64,000 bases of DNA from Octopus sinensis (Eukaryota), in NCBI RefSeq assembly GCF_006345805.1, contig NC_043005.1, positions 69,068,001-69,132,000 on the forward strand. Reading direction: 5' to 3'. Position 1 is the first letter of the stretch; each line of letters begins with the position of its first letter. Shown one piece after another: positions 1 through 18,430 of the stretch. The position numbers and the translations under genes were made by a program. The notes under the pieces are model-generated. The model was given only the letters and a program-made list of their open reading frames with translations. It did no database searches and was not told where the DNA came from.

Positions 1-440
1 TGTAATCCAAAATATGCTTATACACACAGGCGCACGCACGCACGCTCACACAAACACAGACACACACACACACACAACGTCAAAATTGGCATAACATACA
101 GAGCATGATAGTATACCTACAAACTTAGCTGAAAACCATAGGACTTCCGAATATATACCTCACCATACGCATCCTTGAAATTTCCACTCTGTGCAGTTTC
201 TGACTGTTTTCTTTCCTCTATTCTCCTCCCTCTCTATGTATATATATATATATCAAGTTAATCCAAACATGAAAACGCTAAGAGAAAACACAGCTAAGCG
301 AGGACGTGGAACAAGTATAGTATTATTGGACGCTCAGGAAAGAAGGAGGGTTTAACGTTTCGAGCGGAAACATAGGAAAAGTAAAGATCCAAAGAAGGGA
401 AGACAGAGGAAAAAATTCGCCAACGGTACACACGCGGTCA

Positions 441-1443
<1,003 letters not shown>

Positions 1444-3800
1444 AAAGGTACTATATATATAGCGAGGGAAATTGAAAAGAAGGAAAACAGAACTTGAGAG
1501 ACAGAACTTATTAATTTGTTAATGTTATCAGTAAATTACGTCCATATTTTTATCACAACGTCAGTACTGGGAACAGGATGAAGCAATTATTTCTTTTCTC
1601 TTTTAAGCAACAGTCAGTTTCAATATAAATCCGTCCAATAGTTTCAAGTATGAGATTAAATGCTCATTCCTTAAGCAGTTAACAGTGAAGAATTTAACTG
1701 CGTATGTGTACATAATTGTGCATCTGATTAAGTTGTTGAAAGAAGTTCAGTGTGAGACACTAAACGAAACATGAATGTAATTTCGATGTTAATGCGTAAA
1801 TTGTATGAAATGTTGTCAATGTTTATTTTAATGACACTTGTACATGCTTTATGGTGTGTAGCAATAGGCACTGTAAGTTTCATGTTTGTCAATGCTTACT
1901 GTACTAATTACGAAAGATGACATTGCTATAAAGATAAAGAGGTTCTCCGTTGAGTATATCCGAATGGCGGGTCTGTTGGTGAATGTCATTTGGATTTTGA
2001 AAAACAGTCATTGTGGTTTTGATCCCATTGAGACGTCAATAGATATTCATTAGATAGATATTCTCTGCTGAGAGCAGTATCAGTATAATGTATCGTGTGT
2101 CACGGTGAATTGCAAAACAAAATGAGAAACGATTTCATGAATTTTTTAGGAAGTCTCACTTGAGACGCGAGCTTCATAATCAGCATATACTCTTTTCGAC
2201 GAATGAAATTCATCAGTTTCATAAAGATTTTTGTAAGAAAATAATTCGTCCAGCATGTAAACAAAACACAGAAAAATACTGGACGTTAATAAATATATTT
2301 TTACCAACAACAATATATAGTTTCTGTCCACCAAAGTATTTAAGATAATAACATACTGAAACAAGAAAAGACCATTACTGCAGAGTAAACTCATCTTGTA
2401 AATATAACACTACGTCGATAATGGCAAACTTTGGTAACGAGTCAAAGTGTTATTTACAATATGAGTTTTCTAACTGTATGTAAGATTCTGGAACACACAA
2501 GCGATTAACATTAAACGCCTTTGAAGTACTTCTTGATTGCATCAATTAGGAACAAAAAAAGACGTTGGAAACGGAACGCAAAATGTCTTCGACAATAAAT
2601 AATTATGTGAATAAAACTAAAAATACGGAATGGAAATTTGTTTTCACCTTCTGTTGAAGACACTGGCAGTGGGGTATGTTAAAATATTCACATGTGTAGC
2701 AAAATAAATTCTACGAACATATGAGGTTTCCTTTTCATTGCCACATAAGTCGTTAGTGTCCAACGAACTATGGTTCGTGTGTTTTACTGGCAAATGCATG
2801 ACAATCCTCAAGTATATCAATATCATTTTACACACATGATGTCAAAGGAAGAACCTTGCAAAACAGATATATGAAAGAAGCACCCGTGTCCAATTATACA
2901 CCTATATACACACATATATATATACATCCATATATACACACATACATACCTACGCACATTCATTCAAACACACACACACGCACGCACACACACATGCATA
3001 CATACATACATTCATATATATATGAATATACATACAACTTCGAGGGTAAACAGGTTAAGTCTCACCGCTGTTGGAATAATAAAAAATGGATTTGCAACGT
3101 ACACTTCCGTACATTAAAATATATGTCGAATACGTTCTACGCGGTTCTGCATCTGTGGCCACGGAAACTAACTTCCTTACATCTAAATGTCATATTATAC
3201 TTATGGAAAAAGCAAACCAGACAGTCAGACTGTCTGAAACACTATATACGATATTTAGTATAATTATTGAGAAAATATAGCTATAATGGGATGGGCGTTC
3301 ATAGCTGATTTAACGTAACTCTGATTTACCAATTTGTCTTCATTATAAAATCAACAGTTAGAAAGGAAAGTGAACACGTTGCTTTAAGACAGCCAATCTT
3401 CGACATTGTCATAATGTTGTTTCTTCGTAAAAGGTGAAACAATTATTCTCCATATGAATGAAATTCAACTAGAAATCTAATAATCGAATGGGAATGGTTT
3501 TGCAGATGTCTATGTCTATCGAAAATCAACATTTGAACTCCATTCTATAAGTGACCCTGTACTCAGATTTTGGACCAAATACACAAGTAGTTCAGAAACA
3601 TAGCACAGCAGATATATAATTACAAATAGCATAGTTCGTATTAGCCTTTGACAATTTCTTAGCCGCATTTAACGTCAGGTACTTTTTAGTACGTGTTACA
3701 CTAAACCTGCAGAAAATTATTTATTAAATATTTAGAGAAAATATCACTGTACAAAAAGTTTACAATATAGAAAAAATATTTATATTTTTCAGTCACAATC

Positions 3801-4310
3801 TATTGCTTTGTCCGGAAAGTTCGTACCGATTTATAGTAGCTTACCTTTCGAATTATTTTAGAACATAAAATAGGATTTGACTAGACCTCTATTTAGAGCA
3901 CATTTTAAGTTATCTTTTCGTAGAAGAAGGTTTATGTTCCTATAACCTGTGTTAATTCTGAAACACTTTAAAATGGAAGATAAGCACTTGATGCTTTTGG
4001 GAACCAGACAAAATTGCTAAAGCTCGGCTGGAATGTGTTACCCCACCCTCCATATTCACCTGATATTGCTCCTTCGGATTTCCACTTATTCAGGTCTCTG
4101 CAGAATTGTCTTAATGGTAAAAATTTCAATTCCTTGGATGACGTAAAAAGATACTTTGATGAAGAGGGTATTTTCAAGTTAAAGGAAATATGGAAACGCA
4201 TTGTGCAACAAAATGGTTCATATTTGGTTCATCAAAAATGTAGTGGCAAGTATTTATTGACCTTTTTCTTTCCTTTAAAAATCGGCACGAACTTTCCGGA
4301 CATTCTTAAC
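3801..4310 (+). mobile_element. Internally deleted mariner (Tc1/mariner) element retaining both TIRs
   Basis: TIRs TGTCCGGAAAGTTCGTACCGATTT (3809-3832) and AAATCGGCACGAACTTTCCGGACA (4279-4302), 1 mismatch; ORF 4014..4334 has LGWNVLPHPPYSPDIAPSDFHLF, the mariner YSPDLAP-D motif. Confidence 0.9.
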
Positions 4311-4814
4311 CGTGTGGTTACTTCATTAATCTGAGCTCTAATTGAAATATATTAAACTGGCTTGTAAATATTCTGAAAAACTGTGATATTTCTGGCATTC
4401 AATTGATGGATTGAAACGAGGGTCCAAAAAAATTACACTCGATATGTAAACTGTATCCGATAAGAAATTTATTCATGTAGAAGAAGAATATATTACATCT
4501 ATGTTAAAGTACATAATACTAAATTGGACTCAAGCCACGCTGTTCAAATTAGATGTGCGAATGAATCCTCAGTGACGCGCGTTTGGTTGGAAAAATTGAG
4601 CAAAGTGAGAAAATGGAAATCTAGGCCATAATATGCAGCAGATAAATGTAAGCTGAGAGCAAAACACTAGTGCAAGAGCGCAACATATATAGGATAGGAA
4701 GAAGGCATAATCACTACACAGTCCTTTGCGTCATAAAATGACATGCCTCAACTTTGGAGTAGCGACTCAGAAAATCTTTAAAGCAAATAGCTTCTGAACG
4801 TGCGTCTATGAATG

Positions 4815-4871
<57 letters not shown>

Positions 4872-4924
4872 GTGTGTGTGTGTGTGTGTGAAAGTGCGAA
4901 AATGTGTGTCTGTGTACGCGTGTA

Positions 4925-5250
4925 TCTTAATGTTAGGTTCTTCTGCGCCGAGTGCTACACTGAGCGGCAAAGCCTCTCCATCGTGGTCGCTCGGTTTCAT
5001 CCCAGCTTTGAGGTCATTAGTGAAGGTGCGGCGCCCTTCTTTTCTCTTGCCAAACGGTGGTTTCCACAGAATGGTGGTTTTCACATGCCGCGACGATGGT
5101 AATCGGGGGTCATGACCAGATGGAGGGGCCTGGTCTCAATTCGGTGATGTATCTCGTCTTTTGTGATATGGTCCTGATATGATATTTGCCGTACCCCCCG
5201 GAAGCATCGTAGCTGAAATGCATTAAGTCTTCGCGCGATCTTCCACTTAT
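4925..5250 (-). mobile_element. 3' fragment of an RTE-clade LINE
   Basis: Minus-strand translation RRLNAFQLRCFRGVRQISYQDHITKDEI and ILWKPPFGKRKEGRRTF resemble the RTE C-terminus (inference from family motifs). Confidence 0.65.
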
Positions 5251-5440
5251 AAGTGTGTATGTATATCTCTATGTTCCGTTGATCAGATCAACTGGAACCA
5301 TCATCCTCGTAAGCGACGCAGTTCCACAAAATCTATCTATCTTTCTATCTATCTATATCTATATATATACATATCTATATATATATATATATATATACTA
5401 TCTATCTATCTATCTATCTACCTATCTGTCTATCTATCTA

Positions 5441-5530
<90 letters not shown>

Positions 5531-5582
5531 ATATTAACAGAAAAGAGGAATTTCGGGTGTCCCCACGTTGTGGATTGTAAAG

Positions 5583-5921
<339 letters not shown>

Positions 5922-5970
5922 CTATATATATATATATATACATGTATTTATCCATTGATATATATATATA

Positions 5971-6283
5971 GGAAAATGTCGTCAGAATTTTGGAAAAATA
6001 TATTTTTATTTCTACATTATTATTAGCGCCTTCGGTCGTTTCTCAAACTTGTGACATAGAATTTTGTGAATGTACAAACACCTCTTTGATTGATATAAAA
6101 CACAGGTTTTGGGGGGAGTTTTGAGAACATTGGAGGAGAACATTCTTTTTGTTTTTTGGGGTGATGTTACATGACAATGGAGATAGATAGACATATAAGT
6201 AGGTGGATAGGCTGATAGATAGATAGATAAATAGATAGATGTATATTCAGACATATATCTATCGGTATATCTATCTGTTTGAA

Positions 6284-6315
<32 letters not shown>

Positions 6316-6565
6316 AGCCTATCTACTAACCAATATTTCTATCCATCTTTCTCCATTGTCATGGAACCTAATCCCCCAAAAGAAAATATATATTCTCCTC
6401 TTCCAATTTGTCACCCCACCACCACCAAAAAGAAACATCTGTTTTAGATAAATGAACATGCTGTTTATATATTCATAAAATTCGATTTGACATGTTCGAG
6501 AAACGAAAGAAAGGGCAAACAATAATGAAGAAATAAGATATCTTTCAAAATCCTGACCTTTTTCC
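5971..6565. repeat. Long imperfect foldback (arms ~5971-6253 and ~6276-6565)
   Basis: Arms align as reverse complements along their length (e.g. ATATTCAGACA/TGTTTGAATAT at the centre, ...GAGAAACGA and ...TTTTCC distally); ORFs 6012..6254(-) and 6239..6451(+) give similar peptides. Confidence 0.8.
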
Positions 6566-6659
6566 GAATGTTCAATTTCTGTACACCACACCTAACAGTC
6601 TATATATATATATATATATATATATACCTACATACATACGTATTGATATATCTATATCT

Positions 6660-7540
6660 AGGTAGTAGGAGATCTGAAAAATAGTTTTTATGCGTGTTGA
6701 GAAATATTCGTTTCTGAAGTTTGATGGTTTAAAAAGCAGTAACACCCGTGGAAAAAGAAATAAGACAAGAACAAGAAGGAGAAAGGGGAGGGGAGAAGGA
6801 GAAGAGGAGGAGGGAGAAAAAGAAAAAAATACGGGAGTGGTTTGACCTAGTATTAGAGGAGGCTTTTGGAATCTGGTTTAATGGTGAAGTCACTTAAAAG
6901 TGACCTGTTGTGGTTGTAGCAATAGCGATAGGAAGTTCTCTAAATAGGTTAATGGGTAGACAGTTATTATCGTACCAATTGTTTTTAAATTTTACGTAGG
7001 TATTATTCTAAGGTCCTTGTACTAGTATCTTTTGTATTGGAAAAATTCACAAAAAAATTATATCTTGTGATAAGATATGATTCTTTGCTAATGCGCTGAT
7101 TTTCGGTTGCACTGTCCCTAAATTTATAGAGGACGAAAATTATGTTATGTTCATTAGTGGCGAAAATGTCGATGTGTTCGTTTAATGCTATTTTTCTGAT
7201 TTCCTATATTTTAATCTGGGATCTATGTTCACTCGTCCTCTGACGTAAACTGCTTTTAGTTTGACCAATGTATTGCTTTCGATATACTCAGCAAGTTAAC
7301 ACATATATCAGGTCTTCGAAACTACATGTGAATTTCTTTTTCAATGTAAAACTTTGACCCTGTTTGAAGGAGAAATCCGATCCCTCAATAAGGGTGATGC
7401 ATATAATACAGCTAGATTTTTTATATTTTTCAACTGCCCGTTTCGATGTTGTTGACGAGTGTACTTGGGCTTGTGTTAGAATAATTTTCATTGACTTGAG
7501 TTGTCTTTTGCTCTTTATGATGGTATGCGTTTTGAGGGTT
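6660..7540 (-). mobile_element. Penelope-like element fragment (GIY-YIG endonuclease region and 3' flank)
   Basis: ORF 7288..7491 CIICITLIEGSDFSFKQGQSFTLKKKFTCSFEDLIYVLTC continues after a stop as KQYIGQTKSSLRQRTSEHR; homologous to the PLE at 25.1-26.1 kb; 3' boundary approximate. Confidence 0.8.
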
Positions 7541-10822
<3,282 letters not shown>

Positions 10823-10852
10823 TTATTATTATTATTATAATTATTATTATTA

Positions 10853-10887
<35 letters not shown>

Positions 10888-10896
10888 TATTATTAT

Positions 10897-10971
<75 letters not shown>
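10823..10971. repeat. (ATT)n-(AT)n microsatellite at the 5' junction of the R4/Dong element
   Basis: Directly visible. Confidence 0.95.
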
Positions 10972-10974
<3 letters not shown>

Positions 10975-11960
10975 CGACAAACATTGAAAATACAGTCAAG
11001 AAAATTTGCTAATTTAGTATGGTTCTCCCACTTTTGGCTATATGTAAAGTAGACAGTGTAAGTATTCAAACATTTTAAGACTAACTTCAATTTTCTATTG
11101 TTTCTTCCGGTTCTATATAAAGAAAATCAATATTTTAAATTATCTCCCGCAAACCAATGTTTTCCAAGTCAATCTCTGCTTAATTTAATTCAATCATTTT
11201 GAAAGATATTTCCCTTTCCAAGGCATATGGCGTTTTTCCCATAGATTGGGAATACACGCAAACGTCTCGTCGTTATATCGTTATAAACATTGCAATAAGT
11301 CTAGCTTTGGGGCTATATCAGTAATAGTCTACTTCATATTATGTTGCCGTAATAGTTTGGTATTTAGAAGAGCAGAATGATATAATTTCTTAGCTTTCTA
11401 ACATATGAAGTAGTCTCACTAATTATTGACAGCGGGCCCTGATACTTTTTAAAACATATCCATATATATATATTTCCAGTCTTCAATGCATGTGTTCGTT
11501 CCGAAATTCGGTATTAGAGAGTATGAAAATTTTGCAGATGATTTATTGCATTTGGTATAATATGTATCCTGCTTAGGGAAATTTGGTTGTAGAATTTTAA
11601 AGAAACATTTAGCTAAATTTCTAACCCTGAGTGAGGAAGAAGGGGTGGACCACGCAATCTCACGTATTCTAGGTTCGGAATTACTGAATATATTATGATT
11701 TTCAGGGGCAGACGGCTTATAGTTATATTTCTTACAAATAATATGTTTATAGTTTCTCGAGTTAAACCCTTTAAGTTGCGGTTGATTAGTTCTAAGTGAA
11801 TTAATGGGACTAATTTCCTTGAATCTACAGCATTACGTAGGTGTTCATAGAATTCCAGACCTTCGTCACTATCCATACGTTTGTCAAAGAAAAATGGATT
11901 CTTCCATTGTTGTTAGTATAATATCATTTGCATATGGGCTTTGAAAATTTATAAAAAGAA
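10975..11960 (-). pseudogene. Decayed coding sequence, possibly the C-terminal part of an old L1/Tx1-clade ORF2
   Basis: ORF 11613..11876 plus an overlapping stop-free frame of ~125 codons (~11830-11452); fragments QWKNPFFF, CIEDWKY, NLWEKR, QKWENH resemble the L1/Tx1 C-terminus; family call is inference. Confidence 0.4.
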
Positions 11961-12900
11961 CAAAAAAGTTCTCATTCTTTAATCTATCAAATACTTAATT
12001 ACCATGTAGGATTTCATCACGAAGGAAACCATCCTGGTGCGGTGGGGATTATGTTTCTGTATTGGAATAATTAATACGCCATTTATACTATTATTGTACC
12101 CCTGAAACAGCTGTAGATAATATTCACCCGAAACCATGTATTTATTTACCTATTTATCTACATATATACCCCTGATGTTTTAAAATTTTAACTCATTTCG
12201 TATAAACATCAAAATCTAAATTTATTCGAACAGTTCCTTCTGGGAAGACGTTACCTCGACATTTTTATCTCTTTATTTGTCACTCCTCAAATCGAAACCT
12301 GAACCTAAGGTACATGATGCATAGTTTTCACATATGACTTTGACGTATAATTTTGTTCACTGACTGATATGTATATTTATTTGGGTGTGTGTTAAAAATT
12401 ATGCTGTGAATTTCTATTTGAATCCCTGTTCCTTCTAAAATATCCCTTATCCTTCGATATATACTATATATATATACACATGAATACATAGATGCATATA
12501 TATTTGTCTGTGGGTGTAATATGTGTCAATATGCGTGGGTTTATGTGTTCGTGTGTTTGTTATGTGTGTGTGTGTGTATACATTCATGCATATATATAAT
12601 AAACCTTCGGAATTGGAAATTGAAAAGCCGCGGCGAAAATGAAATGTTTCTCTCTAGAAATCTGTTGCGATAATTTTTTAACAGTAAGCTCCTAATGGTA
12701 TCCATAAAAATTATAATTATCAAATATTAGGGAAAAAGATTCCGAGGGTTAAACACATAGTTATTGATCATAATCTCCAATAAAATATATTTGAAAACAC
12801 TTTAGTATTCAATATAGTTCACTTGCAACACGTTCAGTTAAACAGTACACACATATTCATATACATGCATGTAAATACACACACACACACGCACACACAG

Positions 12901-12938
<38 letters not shown>

Positions 12939-13199
12939 GTACGTGCATTCATACATGGATACGTACGTACATACATACACACATAGATACATACATCCAC
13001 ACACATATATCTATGTGTATGCCTTTTGCTTGTGTCTTTATATAAGTATATTATTTAACTCAAGATGTTGCACGTGATCAATATTGAAATTAAAATCTTT
13101 ACATATAATGCTTGACCCTAAAGTGGGGAACTGGCAGAATCTTCAGCACGCCGGCTAAAACACTTAGCGGTTTTTCGTCCACTTTCATTTTCTGATTTA

Positions 13200-14400
13200 A
13201 AATTTCTCTGAAGTTTGCCTGTTACATGACTTTCCCCTTCTTGCCCATAGCTCTTTTCTTTATTTTCTCTTTTGAAGTCTCATCTCATATTTCCAATAGT
13301 GTTCATTCAATATTTTAAGAAGATAGGTTCCTGATATATAACATTTTAAAAACGACTGGTACCAATAATCGACACCTCATCTGACAAATAATCCTCATAA
13401 TTGCAGTCATAAGGAAATAAGCACTAGGTTCTATACATTCATATTACGATAGATATATTTATTTCAAGTATGTTGGAAATTCTATTCTCTAAAGCATTTG
13501 TGAAGTGAATCTGTCCTTATGATAACAAATAATCTGAGTAACGAAAAACAATCATATTTTCATATAAATACAGCATTGTTTAGTAAATATTTCTGAACGA
13601 GATGGAAAATTGTGAAAATTCCTCATCTCAAAATATTTATACAGAACTGAGGGTTCAGCATCTTTTCTACGAATCTGTCCCTAGCTTCATTTAAATTCTA
13701 CCATTACTGGAAAATTCATACCTCTACATCAATAAAAAACATGTATACAGAAATTCGCAAAAAATCTGAATTTCTGTAAAAGGCCAGACACATTTTCCTG
13801 TGATATTAGCCAGTTGTATAAATAGACATATCATAAATGGGCTCTGATGCTGAATGTGTGATGCTTAATTCTCATAAGAAATACAGTAACGTTCAAAGAA
13901 AACTTGTAACCTCCACTCAGGCTGATGATCAAAAAATTTTCATTTTTGTTGGTCGAATAATAGACCTTCCCTTGCAATCGATTCACGTGACCCAAACAGT
14001 TGATCCATGTTAACATTTCATAAGCATTTAGCAATATAACACAAAAGTTATGTTTTGTTTGTTCCCCTGGAATTATTCGCAATTCAGTTGTAAGCTAAAG
14101 TACTTGTTCGTTAAAGCAACCATATGCCTGGAAGTTTGGAGGACTTTGCTATTTATTGAAAATACCACTAAGTTTAGCATCGTCTTTTTTATGACCCGTA
14201 ACAACAAGTATTATGCTAAATTATACATGATCACTAGTTCTGGAATATATAACTTGCAGCCACTCACACCCTGCAACGAAACTCTACTTATTCATTGAGC
14301 GCAAGTTTTCAGACATGAGAGAACATTAAAACATGTATATCCATTCGAATGGACTTAATACACCTCAGTGAAGCTAACGGTTATAAGAATTATCAGTACA
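13200..14400 (-). pseudogene. Decayed coding sequence, weakly RT-like (possibly the same old LINE as 10975-11960)
   Basis: One minus frame stays protein-like for several hundred bp with scattered stops (includes ORF 13831..14082 ...MLTWINCL...); no intact YADD seen. Confidence 0.3.
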
Positions 14401-15849
14401 AATTCATATAGCGAAGTAAATGTGTTTTTATTCGAATGGAAAGCTGCGCATTAACTTAAATCACACAGAATATTAAAACTATAAACCAAACGATTGTGGG
14501 AAGTATTTGGCAGCCAATAAACCTCGACCATCAAATAAAAACACAGTTTACACGCTCATATAACATAAAGACATAATTTAGAATTAAATTACCTTTAGGA
14601 AGAGAGATATAATTTCCTCCGAAATCATAGTTCTCCATTGTGTTTAATGAATGAAAAATTGTACCGATCCGTATAACTTTTAGAATGAATATTATACTTT
14701 ATCTTTGTCTTTTATTTTTTTTATTTTCTGTAATTTATAGCCAGTCGCTGCGACCGGAACGTACATTTATATTATTTGTCCTAACCGAAAGCAGAACTGT
14801 TCAATAAATCAGCTTTATCAGCGTAAATAAATATAAGTTGATTTTATTGACGAATGTGAAAGTGCAGATTCAGCTAAAGGCTGTAGTAAGTTCTAGCAAC
14901 GGATAAACACGACATTTATTTCTGTCTGTTTCCATTGGTCCTTTCAGTCAATGAAGCAGGTGTTTTTCTACGATATAATTTGTTTTAAAGAAATATTTTT
15001 AGCAGAGTATATGAGAAATAAAGTTACTTAAATATACATGATTAGAAATATTACTGCTACTGGCGAAGATGATTTGTAAAACATCGTGTTGTTACTATTG
15101 TCTTTGAGATTATCACTTAATATTAGAGTACGGTCTATTGCTCCTTTTTTTATAAGAAATAATGTATACAATACAATACAATACACACTTCAACTGCATT
15201 CTTATTTTAGATTTATTTATTTTTCAGACCAGTTATGTTTGAGCGACAATAAGTGTACTTAGTACGAAGCAGGAATATTACGATGGAATTTACCATATTG
15301 CATTACCTGTGTTTCAAAACTGTCGTTTTAACACTTTCACGTATGGTGTTGTTCAACTACAAGAATTCTTAACCGAAACATTTCTAATCATGTGATGGTT
15401 TCTAGCCATAAATATTACAGCTAAAAGTTCGGCTAGATTTTGAATTTTGGGAGATTCAAAAGTGGAATCCCTTTCTATTTATTGCCGACGAACAGATCAG
15501 ACAGTAGTAGTTCTTGTAGACAATCTTTGAAAGGTAAGATTGCTTTTCATTGTAATTTTGTTTCTTCTACTTTGTTTTATCAAATAAACAAAATATATTT
15601 GTATTGTTTCATGTCGTGTTAAATTAGCTAGGAAGAACACATTTTGCAAAAGTAGATATCTGCTCAACGAAATCTCTTTATTTATTTCTTGTTATACACA
15701 AACAGTATTCATTAATAGTGAAAATGTACCGAATATTTCTTGGTTTAAATGCATTGTATGCATAAAACAAAATTTCGATTTCTCTAGCGACTTTATGTAT
15801 GAGCTGCTAACTCGTATATTTCTTATATATGTCTATATCTCTTTTTTTA

Positions 15850-17100
15850 GCGATGAATGGTGCAGGCAAATTCTAAGTAAAAACAGTGGGAAGATGTTAT
15901 GGCAGAAATCCTGATATATCGATCCACATCTGAGAAAATCAAACATTTTTGGTGTGTCAAAAGCAATTGTTGATTTTGGCACCAGTGATGCTGAGGCCAA
16001 CGAGGATAAAAAATTTATGAAATATCAGCAGTCGAAGCTCATATCGGAAGAAGAGGTAGAATGTTCTTAGAGTAACCGGTTTAACTATTTGGAGGAACAC
16101 AATGACGAAGTGATAATCACAAGTCAAAGCAGTTAGTGCCCCGAGACATTTTAAGAAGATTTCAAAACTGAAGAAAAGGGGGGCAATTTTCATTCGAGAA
16201 ACGACGCTACATACAAATGCTACCTTTCGGGACAAAGTATTTCCTGATCCGCCCAAGGAAGAAATCACACCTTAGAAATATTTAAAACAAGTGTTTGGTG
16301 ATAAATTGTGTGATCTGTTTGCTGAACAAATTCGTATTTCGAGCAATGCAATGGAAATGCATAAATATTGATCACAATGAAATGGAGCGCTATCTTGTTA
16401 TTCTTATACTGAAATCAGTCATTTACCCGAGGGTTAGATGTATTTGTCCGAAGGAACAAGACCCCTGATTTTACGGATGTTATTTCTCTCAATCGTTTTG
16501 AAAAATTCGACAGTTTTTCCATTGAAAATACCAAATATCCAACAAAACATTTAACATTTAATTATAGTAAGTTTTTCTAAATGAGACCAGTTGTTCACAC
16601 TTTCTTTGCTAAAAGCTGATCAGTTTCAGGAGTGCAGAGGCAATAGATAGATGAGCACTTTCTTCCACCAAACTTTCCATCAAATTATGTAATACATGCC
16701 CCAAAACCTAATAAATGAGGTATTAAAACTTGGGCTCATTGCGGTGTAAGCGGGATCACATATGATTTTGAGGTGTGTAGTGAATAGTTTAGCTCATCAG
16801 AAACAGAAGTTAATTGGAATATTTTGATGGGTGGAAGAGAGGCTGAGTTTTAAACTAGAAAATTACTTTGCCATGAAAATTATAAAGTTTACTTGAAGTG
16901 TATGGAAGAGAAAAAAAATTGACTTTTTGCTGCTTTACGAAAACATACTATGAAGTGTCCTAAAAACAAAACATTAATGACAAAAGGTCGTAGATCCTAT
17001 GACTAGTGCGTAGAGGTAAACTCTGATACCCTCAAGGCATGGTGGTTTGGTGTAACCAAGTTTCGCACATGTGTAACTGGGGATACCACTTGTCAGTAGG
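15850..17100 (+). mobile_element. Decayed piggyBac-like (PGBD-type) transposase
   Basis: Manual translation fragments NEMERYL, NRFEK, MPQKPNK*GIKTWAHCGVSGITYDFEV (cf. conserved KPxKWGxK..C..SG...FE.Y) and LMTKGRRSYD; TIRs not identified. Confidence 0.8.
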
Positions 17101-17369
17101 ACAGAAAGGATTCCAGGTATGAGGAAGTCGTATGTTTTAGTTTTGCAGTTTTACAATGTGCACATTGGATGTGAGCATTTTTGCAACATTATGATATCAC
17201 TTCGTTAACATTCAAATATGTACTACATCATATTCTTTATTACCTAATTAGAATATCTGTTAGATATTCTAATAAGGTAAATAAATAAATGTATGTTGTA
17301 GGTTCGGTGTGCACTTATGGCATAAAGTAAAAAGATCAAAATCTTATAGAGCATAAACTTCAAGTCAGG

Positions 17370-18430
17370 TTATTTAACATTTTCTTCCCCCATGTACGTA
17401 TATATTATAAGTTTGTCATCACACTTTGCTCACGTTGACGGGGGTCACATGTTTGCTACGTATATTCGAGTACGCAATCATCATAGGGTACCAAAGATTT
17501 TAGTGGGCTTCTTCCTACCGTGCGCCTCTGCCAAAAATAAGTGTTTTGCACTGAGGAGGTGGTCAGAGGTGAGACAAAACTCAACGCAAGTACATCCTTT
17601 AGGACGTTAAGCTGCCTTCCCTTAACACCTTTTCTGAATTTCTGTCAAGGTCTAACTATAGTAATGTTTTCTTTATCAGTACTTTTAGGAGAAAGCTTAT
17701 CAAATTTACTTTTTACTGTAATTGCCCCTTCCGTGGATAACCAATTGTTTTTAACACGTATTATGGCTTCTGATAACTTAGTTCCCTGGAATCGACTATT
17801 CATATGCTCACGCTAATTCTTCTCACTCCCCATAACTCGTATTTATCCCTCCTACCCTGCAACATATACAGGCATTTGAAATCCCTGGAGTGTTTCGTTT
17901 AGAAAACAATGTAGAGCATTAGTATGTTCTCGTTTCGTTCAGTGGGATCATTTAATATAATATATCAGTCCTAGATCTTTTGACACTATTTCAAAAACTA
18001 TAGATTGACAATAATCATCGAATCCCCCAAATAATACTTGGGAACATTTCCGGTATTCCACATGTATGCGCGTGGTCTGATCATCGTAATTTAGCTTTCG
18101 TTTCGCCGTATTCCTATCTTCCCCAAAGGTTCCTCTTACTCTTCTTTGATATTTCGCTTACACATTTTTGTTCGTGTTCAGTCATACTTTGTTGTTATCT
18201 TATTTTCTTTTCATCCTTTTCAGTACCCCCATTCGTCTTAAAACTGTGTCCATAAATTTAATATCCACTCCTTCAGTACATCATCGTCGGCGTCCTTGCT
18301 CCAGTTTCTGTGAGTTCCTGGAAGGTGCTTGTGCAATCGTGTTATCATTTTTCGTGTGTACTTGTATGCGCGTCACTATAAGGGATAATACATGTGTGTT
18401 TACATACTTTTGTACAGGCGCTATATGAAC
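17370..18430 (-). pseudogene. Unidentified decayed coding segment
   Basis: A single minus frame is mostly open for >230 codons with few stops; GC-richer than its flanks; no diagnostic motif recognised. Confidence 0.3.

Noticed and set aside
345-375. Minus-strand GAAACGTT with GTTT/AAAC pairing, resembling the 3' half of a hammerhead
   Set aside because: No CUGANGA core present in this copy
2160-2230. Minus-strand CTGATGA...GAAA spacing
   Set aside because: Stems I-III cannot be formed
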